Notes under the pieces: model-generated
Seen by the model: the letters and a program-made list of their open reading frames with translations, nothing else
Databases searched by the model: none
What the model was told of the DNA's origin: nothing
Made by a program: the position numbers and the translations under genes
In this document: positions 36,601 through 49,100 of the stretch, one piece after another
How positions within the stretch are numbered: the stretch's first letter is position 1
Layout: each line of letters begins with the position of its first letter
NCBI GenBank assembly: GCA_951406725.2
Contig: OX597816.1
Location: forward strand, 158,286,001-158,350,000
Direction: 5' to 3'
DNA from: Octopus vulgaris
Lineage: Eukaryota
Length of the DNA: 64,000 nucleotides

Positions 36601-38421
36601 CATGTATGGTACATAAAATTATGTACAAATGTCAGGAAATTGAACAGTTTGGGAGCGATTATATATTTTACAGTGAAATATCCTCTGTAACAACACAACC
36701 CGAAGGTTGGTTTGTATGGAAGCTAGTTTAATGTTCCTTTCTACTAAGGTGTTGAGCTGGCAGAAACGTTAGTACGTCGGGCAAAATGCTAAGCAGTATT
36801 TCGTCCGTCTTTACGTTCTGAGTTCAAATTCCACTGAGGTTGGCTTTGCCTTTTGTCCTTTCAGGGTCAATAAATTAAGTACCAGTTGTGTACAGGGGTC
36901 AATCTAATTGACTGGCCTCCTCCCCCAAAAATGTTGGGCCTTGTGCTTAGAGTAGAAAAGAACATTCCTTTCTATGAAAGGCATAAGGCCTGAAATTTTG
37001 AGGAGGAGAGTTAGTTGATTCCATCAACCCCAGTGCTCAACTGGTACTTGTTTTATTGTCCCTGAAATGATGAAAGGCAAAATCAACCCTGGTGGAATTT
37101 GAACTCAGAACATAAAGACGAACAAAATGCCTCTAAGCATTTTGCTCAGCATGCCATGATTCTGCCTGTGCAGGACACATCCACCCCATCAGCTGTTCAG
37201 AGGTAGGTTTTAAGTGATGATGATCATCATCGGTTAATGTCCATTTTCCATGCTGGCATGGGTTGGATGGTTTGACTGAGGTCTGGAGAGCTAGCGCCTG
37301 CACCAGGCTCCAATCTGACCTGGCAATGTTTCTACAGTTGGATGCCCTTCCTAACACCAGTAACTCCTGAGTGTTGTGGGTGCTTTTTACATTCCGCTAG
37401 CAGAGGAACCAATCAGGCAGCCCTGGCATTGGTCATGTTCAGACAGCGCCTTTTACGTGCCACCGGTACAGGAGCCAGTCAGGCAGCCCTGGCATTGATC
37501 ACATTTGGATAGTGATTTTTACGTGCCACTGGCACGAGATCCAGTCGGGGAGCACTGGCATCGATCATATTCAGACAGTGCCTTTTATGTGCCACTAAGC
37601 ATGGGAGCCAGTCAGGGAGCACTGGCATCAGTCGTGTTTGGATGGCGCTTTTTACGTAAACAAAAAAGACATAAAAAGTGCAATAGGATCTCAAGTCAGC
37701 TGAGATTGCACTTGTCTGTGAAAGAGTAGTCTGACAACGATGCATACTATGGGTGTACTTTTAAAGTACAGTGGGATCTCAGGTAAACTGACACAGAAAA
37801 TTAGCAGCAAGGACATTAAAAAATGCAAACTTGTAATGCAGTTGATAGCTTCTGTTTCCAGAGTGACCCAATCAGCAAGGACAGTGGATGTTTTGAAAGC
37901 ATTACAAGGATGGGGTAGAAGAAGTTCAGAGAGCTATTACAGTTTCTGGCAATGAATGAGTGTTTGTGTACAGAGTGAGATGTTACATATTAGCAAGACA
38001 TGAGTGAAGTGTGTGGAGGATATGTAAAGATAAAAAAAAAAAAAAAGAATGAAAACATACTTAGTTTGATGTGTGATGTTAGAGTGACATTTAGGATGGA
38101 GCAAAAGTGTGACGAGAGAAAAACTAGGAATTAACAATAACAGTTGTCGTGTGTAAGAGAAAACTGTGTTGGTATGGAGATGTGATGGATATGAAGAATG
38201 ACAGGTGGACGTAAAAATACCAAACAATGTAAGAGGTAGTTTGTGGAAAAAGAACATCAAAGATATGGTAATATTCTTCATTTCAGGATGTTGTACCCCA
38301 CAAAAGAAATGATGAAGGGCCAAAACAAGTTTAAAAATATGTTGAAACAGAGCTGTCCAACCTACCCATATAAGCACAGAAAAGCAATTGTAAAAATGAT
38401 GATGTAGATCATAATGATGAA

Positions 38422-38457
<36 letters not shown>

Positions 38458-41400
38458 CACACATATGTGGTACGTAAAAAGCACATTTCGAGCAGTGGGC
38501 CTCATGGAGGCAAAGTGGCTGATGCTAGTGGCATGTGAAAAGCTCCTTTTGAGTGTTGGGCCTCATGGAGGCAATGACGAATGACCAAGACCTTTGGCTT
38601 TATGTTGTGCTTGAGAAGAGGACCCACACTCTCAGAGTGGTTGGCGTTAGGATGGGCATCCAGCTGTAGAAACCATGTGGAATCAGATTGGAGTCTGGTG
38701 CAGCCTTCCAGCTTGCCAGTCCTGGTCAAACCACCCAACCCATGCCAGCATGGACAATGGACGTTAGATGATGATATGCTTTATGCTCTGAATGATTTCA
38801 TTCTTTCCTCCATAACTCATTTCATAATCCTATCTACATTCCACAACACTATTTTCTAAATGAGACAAACATAAAATGTAAGCCATACTTACATGAATAG
38901 CACCGGCACTGGTTATATCCATTTCAATGTTTGTAGTTCTACAGAAATCGTTCTGAAATTTAAAAAAAAAAAAAAAAAAAGATGATGACATACAACAATT
39001 AATGTACCTAAACTTTCAAAATTCATGGCAAATTTGATAACATTAAAACTTAGTCTTGCCTTGTATTTATTAAATTCTGCCAGTTACTTGATTTTTTTTC
39101 TATCACAGTTATGTACAAAAGATGAAATATACAAAATTATTTCTATCTCTTATGTAGGGAGTTTTAAGGATAAAAGACCCAGTACAGAGAGAAAGATTAA
39201 TTTTGATTTTCTTAAATACATTTTTTTGCTTTCCAATATTATCAGACACAGACTCTCTCACGGTTATAAACATTATGAGATCCAGTCATTGCTTTAACTT
39301 GATAAATTGGAGACAAAATTTATAGAAGACATCACACAATATATGAAATGTTAAATTCTGTAACTAAAATAGTACTGAAGGATTTGAGCTCAGGTTATGC
39401 ACAGGGGCAGAAGAATTTCCCTTAAAAAATAATATGACAGCTTTCATAAATTTGTCCCTTATTTAAGAACAAGCTCACAGAAGCATTGTCATTCATTTGA
39501 TAAAGAGAAACTGAGAGAATAAGTGGTCTTAGTTATATCGAAATTGTTGAGGATTTTAATGAGAAGTGACATAAATAATTCTCCAAGAAACCAGATTTCA
39601 GAATGGTTAGTTTCTCAGGCTCAAATAATCTAGAAAGGTTGTTGTAACATTAAATAAAGCATAAAGAGTTCCAACTTTGTTGCTTAGAATATTGGAAAAT
39701 GAAAGTAAGGAAGAAAGTATTGATATTAATAATGTTATCTCACCAAGCTGTCAATCATTCTAGTTTGGGGCTCAGGATGGCGCCGAAGTAAACATTTCTC
39801 CGGGAAACTTTTATGAATGCGGTGAGCAACAGCCATGTTGGCTAGCAACATGAATTCTTCTATTAATCTATAAATCAAATGAAAAATAAGATATAGAGAA
39901 AAAGAAAAGAATATAATATAATAGAAACAGAAGACATAGTTTTAGCTAAAGTATTCTACTAGTGAGTAAATAACTAAAATAATTGAACAATTGCGAAAGG
40001 ATGAAATATAAAAGGAGAGAAAAGTAACCAAAAGCACCGAGGAAAAGTAAATTGTAAAATTATATTTTGAAGATTAAATAAGGTGTTGAGCTGGCAGAAT
40101 CATTAGCACACTGGATGAAATGACTGGCAGTAGTTTGCCCGTCACTACATTCTGAGTTCAAATTCTGCCGAGGTCGACTTTACCTTTCATCATTTCAGGG
40201 TCGATAAATTAAGTACCAGTGAAACACTGGGGTTGATATAATCGACTAGTCCCCTTCCCCCAAATTTCAGGCCTTGTACCTTAAGTAGAAAGGATTATAT
40301 TTTGAAGATTAAATATTTTTTATCTGGGCAGACATAAACATAATCCATAGAGATTAGATATTCTGGGATACAATAAAAAAAGGGTAAAGACCCGCTTCAG
40401 TCATGAATGACCATGAGATTGCATCTAGAAAGTTCACCTCCAAGGCACAAGTCCAGACAAGGCTGTTTATGGAAGACCAGCAGTTGCTCATGCATACCAG
40501 CCTCCACTCTCCATGCCACCGTTATATGGATGTAAACACACCAACACCAGTGATGCTAGGGGACAAGCACATGCACACGCGCATGTGTGACAGGCTTCTT
40601 TCTGTTTCCATCTACCAAGTCCACCCACAAGGCTTTGGTTGGCCTGAGGTTATTGTAAAGACGCTTGCCCAAAGTACCATACAGTGGGACTAAGCTGGAA
40701 TGATGCGTTTGGGAAGCAAGCTTCTTACCACACAGCCATGTCGACATTCTGACTGGTCGATCTATACTTTCAAAGACTAGCGGAATAAAAAAAAAAAGAA
40801 GTCCCTAACTTGCAAAACAGGTAAGAGTTGGCAACAGGAAGAGGATCTAATTGTAAAATTTTGTCTCCAATAAGTCTTGGAGTGGTTGGCGTTAGGAAGG
40901 GCATCCAGCTGTAGAAATTCTGCCAGATCAAGATTGAAGCCTGGTGCACCAGCCCTCAGTCAAATTGTCCAACCCATGCTAGCATGGAAAGCAGACGTTA
41001 AATGATGATGATGATGAAGTCCCCATCCAGCCTATGGTAACACAGAAAAACAGATGTTTAACAAATGAATGAATCAACTTACTGATTGCTTTCTCTCCGT
41101 TCATAAACAAAGTAACCCATTGGTAAACTTGTCTCATTGTTTAACAGCCACTGTAGTTTCACCTTGTCTAATCTTAGAGCACCACCTTCAAAACGTTTAT
41201 CCCTTAAAATAGATGCTATCTGTTTCAAGGAAGATAAAAACAAGAACATTATATGATATTATAAACAGATTCATTAAAATGTGCATATCAAAAACCCCCC
41301 AACAAATTGATTAAAAGATCTCACCAAACCAGCTTGGAGGAACGTTTATAGCAATGTAAGCTGTAACAAAACTATATATGTAGATGTAATCTCCAGGAGA

Positions 41401-43078
41401 ATGGGCCAAAGGAGCTTAAAGTTCTAGGCAGTAGCTTGAATTGCTAAAACTAGCAGCCAAAACTCCCTTAACCCGTTAGCATTCAGATTATTCTATCAAA
41501 CACATTGCTTATTCATTAACATTGTTTTGAATTAATTATGGATTATCTATTAGTTTCAAGATTTCGATGATGTGATTGTTTATTTTCAGAATGACATTGT
41601 AGGGTAGGTGTGAGAGGCAGAATCTAGTCAGTTTGAACATAAAACAGATGGAATATTTTGGTTGGATATAACTGGCCTAAATGCTTAAAGGCTTAAATCT
41701 CAAATCACACAAAGGAAGAATACATCAGGTAATGATTGCAGAATAGTTTGGTAAGTTCATTGTGAGTCAGGAAGAAGATAAGACAGAAAAAAGAAAATGT
41801 TATTTCCTTGGTTACAAGCTAACAAATGAAGAGATTAGATATTCTGGGATACAGTAAAAAAAAAAAGGGTAAAAAACCCCTTCAGTCATGAATGACCATG
41901 AGATTGCATCTAGAAAGTTCACCTCCAAGGCACAAGTCTAGACAAGGCTGTTTATGGAAGACCAGCAGTTGCTCATGCATACCAGCCTCCACTCTCCATG
42001 CCACTGATGTTATCAGAGGGAAAGGCAAAGGCTGATACAGCTTGGCACCAGTGAAGTCACAACTCATTTCTATAGCTGAGTGATCTGGAGCAATGTGAAA
42101 TAAAGAGTCTTACTCAAGAACACAACACAGCCCGGTCTAGGAATTGAACTCACTACCTCATGATTGGGAGCCTGATGCTCTAACCACTGAGCCATGTGCC
42201 TTCACATTGGGATACAGTATGCTAAAGAAAAAGAGGGGATGGTCATAGCTGGAATGCCTTTTGTTCATGGGTAATTTTGATGGGGGCCAACTCAAGATTA
42301 AACAACAATGATAAATCTCCAGAAGGTGCTAGAATGAAAGACAGCAATGCTTAACCCTTTGGCATTCAGAATACTCTTAAGTGTAACGTTCATTTACATT
42401 GCTTTGAATTAATCAAGAATTATCTCATGATAATCTAGTAGCTCTGCATCAGCAAGACTTGAAAAAATATAGAAAAAAGTTAAAGGAGTACAGTGAACTT
42501 GCCACGAGGAGTGGAATATCCAATGTTTCGGATTCAATCCTTCGTCAGGGGGCAGAGAAAAAGAGAAGAAAAAGAGAAAAAAGTCAGAGTTTACATACTC
42601 TCAGCTTGAAAAACTGTTTTGACTTTTTTCTCTTCTTCTCTGCCCTCAACAAAGGATTGAATCCGAAACATTGGATATTCCACTCCTCATGACAAGTTCA
42701 CTGTACCCATTTCACTTTTTTCTATATTTTCTCATGATAGTTAATAATGCATTATCTCATGAGATTTCAATGATGTGACTGCTTATTTTTAGAATGACAT
42801 TGTAGGATGTGTGTGAGAGGCCAGATCTGGCCAGTTTGAACATAAAACAGGTGGAATATTTTGGTCTGATATTTTTTCTTGTACTTGTTTCAGTCATTTG
42901 GCTGTGGTCATGCTGGAGCACCACCATTAGTTGAACAAAGCGACCCCAGGACTTATTCTTTGTAAGCCTAGTACTTATTCTATCAGTCCCTTTGGCCGAA
43001 CTAATTTACAGGGATGTAAACACACCAACATCGGTTGTCAAGTAATGGTGGTGGGGGGACAAACACAGACACACAAAC

Positions 43079-43118
<40 letters not shown>

Positions 43119-46100
43119 GACAGGCTTCTTTCAGTTTTATCTACCAAATCCACTCACAAGGCTTTAGTCAGCCTGAGGCTATAATAGAAGACATTTCCCC
43201 AAGGTGCCACACAGTAGGACTGAAATTGGAACCATGTGGTTGGGAAGCAAGCTTCTTACTGCACAGCCACTCCTGCGCCTATATGATATGGTCAGTTTAA
43301 ATGCTAAGGGGTTAGACAGGATTAAAATCATGACAAAATGGAATTGAGAGATATTTTGTAGGGTTATAATCACAAAATTTGAGAAAATAAATGAAAGGAA
43401 AAGATAGAATATACCTTGTTTAGAGTTAATATTCTGTTTTTTATATCATTTATAGAATAACCTGTAATAGGTGGCAGCTGTTCTTCAGTATATTCATGGG
43501 AAGGATCATTAATAAAACCCTTGAAAGAAAAATAAATTTATCAATGAGTAAAAACAGTTGAAAAGGAGAAATGATTCCCTCAACCCCCTATCTAGAATCA
43601 CCCCCCACTCTCCTTTTAATTTTTTTCTCATTTATGGAGGTTACTTTAGAGCAGTGGTTCTCAGATGGCGTCCATAGGAATAGTGAATGAGTCGTTAAAA
43701 AAGTGGGGAGGGGGCAGACATCAGGTATACTGTTGGCAAATTTCAGGAAGCATGGAGGTTTTGAAGGAGTTGGACTGCTCCAATTCTTCAACTTCTAGAT
43801 TTTCACCAACTCAACCTGACAATACTGTTACAAACATCATCATCATCATCGTTTAATATCTGTTTTCCATACTGGCATGAGTTGGACAGTTTGACCAAAG
43901 ACTGGCAAGCCTGTAGGGTGCACCAGGCTTCAATCTGATCTGGCAAGGTTTCTACAGTTGGATACCCTTCCTAATCCCAACCACTCCAAGAGTGTAGAGG
44001 TGCCTTTTACTTGCCACCGGCATGGGAGCCAGTCTGGTGGTAGTGGCATCGACCACATTTGGGTGGTGCTTTTTACATGCCATCGGCACGAAGAGCCAGT
44101 CAGATGGCACTGGTATCGACCTATGCTTGAATGGTACTTATTACATGTCACCAGCATGGGTGCCAGTCAGGCAGTACTGGCATCAACCACATTCAAATCC
44201 ATTAATGATTAACTTGAATGAAGATAGTTTCAAGTGATAGTAATTTTTTCGTTAATATTTTCTATTACAGAACATGGTGACCTGGCTGACTCATTAGCAT
44301 GCTGGCCAAAATGCTTCGCAGCAATTCGTCTGTCTTAATGTTCTGAATTCAAGTTCTGTCAAGATCAACTTTGCCTTTCATTCTTCCAGGGTCAATAAAA
44401 TAAATGCCAGCCAAGCACTGGGGTTGGTATAATCGAACTTTCCCCTCCCACCAAAAAATGCTGGCTTTGTACCAAAATTTGAAACCAATAAGGAATCTGC
44501 CAGTTTATAAAATAAATGCCAGTTGAATATTGGAGTTGATGTAATTGGCTCCCCCCCCCCCCCCAAAAAAAAAAATTGCTGCCCTTGTACCATAGTTTGA
44601 AATATTTTCTATTGCATACAGTGAAAAAAAGTTATGTGTCCATGAAGGTAAATAAAGTAAAAACTTACCTGAGCATGATCATAGCTGAGTTTGGCACAAG
44701 AATTGATGATGGAACGGCCAAACCATTCATTTACGATCTAAAATGAGAAGCAAAAGATAGGTGAATATAACTGAGTGGAGATAGATTGGGGTTGTTAATG
44801 TAAGAAAGAGCAACCAAGTCCACCTACTTCAGCTTTGTCATTTATGTGCCAGATCACAGAGAATGTAAGACGAGGTTCATTCGGGTTCAAACTGCACAGT
44901 TTCTCACAAAGGATTTGTGGTAACATAGGGATTACCTGAATTAAGAGAAGTAATTAATTAGAAATCAAATCAATGTCAATAAAACAAGGAAATCTGCAAA
45001 TATTTTATGAAATATTGTCCTCTGTGAAAAGTTTTGAACCAAAAACTCAATAATTTTGCTGTGTTGGATATCTTTTATCTTTTACATGTTTATCTTCTCC
45101 ATCACAAAATTTTGCCATATGCCTTCACTTTGAAATTTGAAAGTTGAAGTGAGGAGAAACTAGGAGAAGCCATACATGTATATGACCATCAAACATTGGG
45201 CCTCACAGAGGCAATGACGAAAGACCGAGACTTCTGGAGGTATGCTGTGACTGCGAAGACCCGACAAATGAAGTGAGTTCATGACTCGCTTGACAGCCTT
45301 CTGTGCTAACCTTGGATCATAGGGTGACCTGCAGTGCTTGAGGAGACCAACTGAGTCAAGTACATCAATATTAAAATAAAAATCAAATGGAAATTGTACT
45401 TGTGATACCTGTGCCGGTAACACATAAAAAAGCATCATTCAAACGTGGCCAAGGCCAGCGCCGCCTTGACTGGCATCTGTGCCGGTGGCACGTAAAAAGC
45501 ACCAACTGATCATGGCCGTTGCCAGCCTCCTCTGGCACTTGTGCCAGTGGCACATAAAAAGCACCCACTACACTCATGGAGTGGTTGGCATTAGGAAGGG
45601 CATCCAGCTGTAGAAACACTGAAAGATCAGGCTGTTTGAAGGACAGAGGGAAATATTATTTCACTTGAAAACAGATGAGGTCGATAAGAAAAGTCTGGTC
45701 ATTGAAAAATCTGCTTCTACGAAGTTTCCTCTGACCCATGTGAGCATAGAAAAGTGAGCATTAAAACTATGATGACGACAATGACGATGGTGATGATGAT
45801 TATGATGATGATGAATATTCATTTTAATTAAGAAAATTTAACAGATGAAACTTACCCTTTGAGTTAAATAAACACTTGTAGCTCTGGAGGCAGCAATTTT
45901 GTCAAGACTAGTAGCCTCTTTTAAGAAGTAACTAACATCAGCTATATGTACACCAACCTCATATAATCCTGTTAATTAGATATAGATAAGTAAAAATACA
46001 AAAATGCATTCATTTTAATAACATGTTTATATACTAATGCAGATAACACAATTGTTGATAGCGGTGCACTTACCTGCTTAGCTAATTACGTTTGCTTAAA

Positions 46101-49100
46101 AAATGCAAATATTTCAGTTTGAAAGAATCTGAATAGGAGGAGGGAGAGGGAGAGAGAAAGAGAGAGAATGTGTGTTTAAGTTTGTGCGAAGAAAAATAGT
46201 GTAAGTATACATGTGTAAAAAGTGTATGTGTGTTGATGTAGACAGAGAAAGAGAGAGATATTCGGTGAGTGTGAGTGTAGGTGTGTGCATGTGTATGGAG
46301 AGCGAGAGTGAAAAAGAGAGGGAGAGAGTAGGCATAAACATATTGGGTCATCCCATAAATATTGCAGTTTTTTCAATTGCATGAACTAAAAGTTGGAGAG
46401 AGATAGAATAAACTACCTGCATCAATTTGCTATAAAAGCAGGTCATAATTTTACCTTGTCTTTATTCTTAGTGCAAGTTTTCAAGAGTGCAGTTCGATTT
46501 TAACAATTATTATGGAAGTGACAAAAGAGCATATTTGGTATATTTTGCTTTAGGAGTTCAATAAAGGCAACAGTGTAATGGAAAGTGCAAGGAATATTAA
46601 TGCAATATTTGGAGATTGGACAATAAGTGTAAGCCAGTGTAACAGTGGCTCCAGAAATTCCAAACCAGACACTACCGCCTACAAGATGAGCCTTGTCCTG
46701 GAAGATCTGTAAAGCTCGACGAGGACATCTTGCAAACCCTGGTGGAATAAAATCCCATTGTTAACTGTTGAGGAACTCGTAGAGAGGCTTGGATTTGGTC
46801 ATTCATTGACACCTGTGTGCTATTGGAAAAGTCAGCAAATTGGGTGAATGGGTTCCTTACAAACTTTCTAAGTCTAATTGTGTGCAGAGAGTGAATGTGT
46901 ACTCTTCTTTGCTGTCATGTCTCATGAATGAACCTTTTGGGACTGAATAGAGGCTGCTGATGAGAAAAGGACTCTATAAAAATGTCAAGCGCTGAAGACC
47001 ACGAGTAAAGAAAGGAGAAACACCAGCACCCCAGTCTAAAGAAAGTCTTTACCCACATAAGGTGTTGTTATCTGTTTGGTGGGATATGAAAGATTTAGTC
47101 CACTTTGAACTTTTAAACCCAAATCAAATGTTAACAAAAGGAGATCTGCTGTGAGTAGCTTGAGCGGCTTAAGTCAGTGCTAGAAGAAAAATGACAATCT
47201 TTGGTTTCAAAACAAAAGGTGTTCTTCCATCAGAATAATGCTCAGCCACATACAGCAAGGATGACATTCCAAAAGCTAGAGCAGTTTGAATGGGAAATGG
47301 TGCCCCACCCACCATATTCGCCGGACATTGCCCCATCTGTTTATCACTTATTCTGCAGTCTTCAAAATCACTTAGATGGAAAAAATATGAATTTTGTAGA
47401 CTAAGTCAGAATGGTACTGGAGGAGTATTTTTTGTCACGGACAAGTGAATTTTGGAAGAGGGGCCTTGCAAGTCTACCAGATAGATGAAAGAGCATTGTA
47501 GAAAATGAACGAGAGTATATTTTAGGTTAAAAAAGAACTTTGTTTATCTTAATTTTGAAAAATAAAAGAAGTATAAAAAAAATGCATTATTTATGGGATG
47601 ACCCAATACTTGCATAGAAAAAGAGACAGAGAGAAAGTATGTGTTTGTGTGTATGTAGAAAGAGAGAGAAAAGGAATTTGAATGCATGCATATAGGGGGG
47701 GGGATGCTTGAGTGTGCATGCTCACTCAGGTATATGTTGAACAATAGAAATTACAGAAAACCCTACCTTCCTCTAGTATTTCACAAGACACAGCATCATC
47801 TAAATCCCGTGCTGACGCTGGATCTATTGTAAATATACACTGTTTAGTCAAATCTCGTCTATTACTGTATTCTTCTTTCGGCACCGTCCATGGTTTGCTG
47901 CAGTCTATTGGTAAAGAATCTGTGACCTATAAATAGAAACCAATAAGTTTACTTCCATATATATATGTGGCAGGAACAGTTAGCAACTGAACCTGGATCA
48001 CTATGTCCAATGCAAGGAAAACAACTCAAAAATACGACTGTGATTCACTAGACCACCAATCTCTCTATATATAAATGGCAAAATGTCTGTCTGTCTGTGT
48101 GTGTGCGTGTATCCTTTATACAAATCCACAATTTTTCAGTTAGAGGGCTCGCACTTTCTATGGTCATTCAAGACCGTCCAAGGGTGGTCGTGCACATCTT
48201 TACATTTCCCCAGTCACCCTGCAAATCCATTAAAAATCAATAGAAGTGACTTTTTTGTGAATTTTCTATCCAAAACCCAATCAAAATGCCCGAAACTTGA
48301 TACACCAATTGAATGCCAGCTAGCTGTATGTGATTGGTCGGAGATTTGGACAGTACTTGCGTGTATGTGCGCACGCACGGAGTTGTATATGCATGCACTA
48401 GCACTATGACCCAGCGTTGCTGGGTCATAGTGCTAGTGTCATAATAAAATGTGGCCAATCAAGACTTCATGTGGAACTAGATATAACAACTATTTCATCT
48501 TTAGCATGCTTTTTCTGAGCAAGACCACCACTATATATTCAGCACATTTTAGCACCAACCGACAGATGGCGAATGGCAGGCATCAGAGCAGACATAGAAT
48601 ATAGCAGTCAGCAAACAGCAGCTGTCTAGAGCACTGTGACAACAGAAAAACAATGGATGGATTGTAATCATAACACACAATGATCAGCTAACATCAGGAC
48701 AGTGACTACTATCATGTCTGGTCCAAGACCAATATGTACCGAATTATCTTGGTGTTTGGCATTTGTAGTAATGACAACATTTTTTTAATGATAAAAATAA
48801 ATGTTTTTTTTTTTTATCAAAAATCTCAAACAGATTTCAATTTTCTTTGAAGTAATATACATACACACATATTTATCATCATCATCATCATCATCATTTA
48901 GCGTCCGTTCTCCATGCTAGCATGGGTTGGACGGTTCAACTGGGGTCTGTGAAGCTGGAAGGCTTCATCAGGCCCAGTCAGATCTGGCAGTGTTTCTGCG
49001 GCTGGATGCCCTTCCTAACGCCAACCACTCCGTGAGTGTAGTGGGTGCTTTTTACGTGCCACCCGCACAGGTGCCAGACAGAGCTGGCATGCCATGTAAG

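Larger units (their letters stand above)
42351..43314. mobile_element. Second piggyBac-like MITE family with nested insertions
   Basis: ttaaccctttggcatt...aatgctaaggggtta; siblings at 32982-33538 and 41468-41697; interrupted by a palindrome (42461) and a SINE (42878). Confidence 0.7.

Noticed and set aside
37937-38464. 175-aa ORF
   Set aside because: It starts in a TA/CA microsatellite and lies antisense to decayed RTE-like sequence, with no protein-like motifs.
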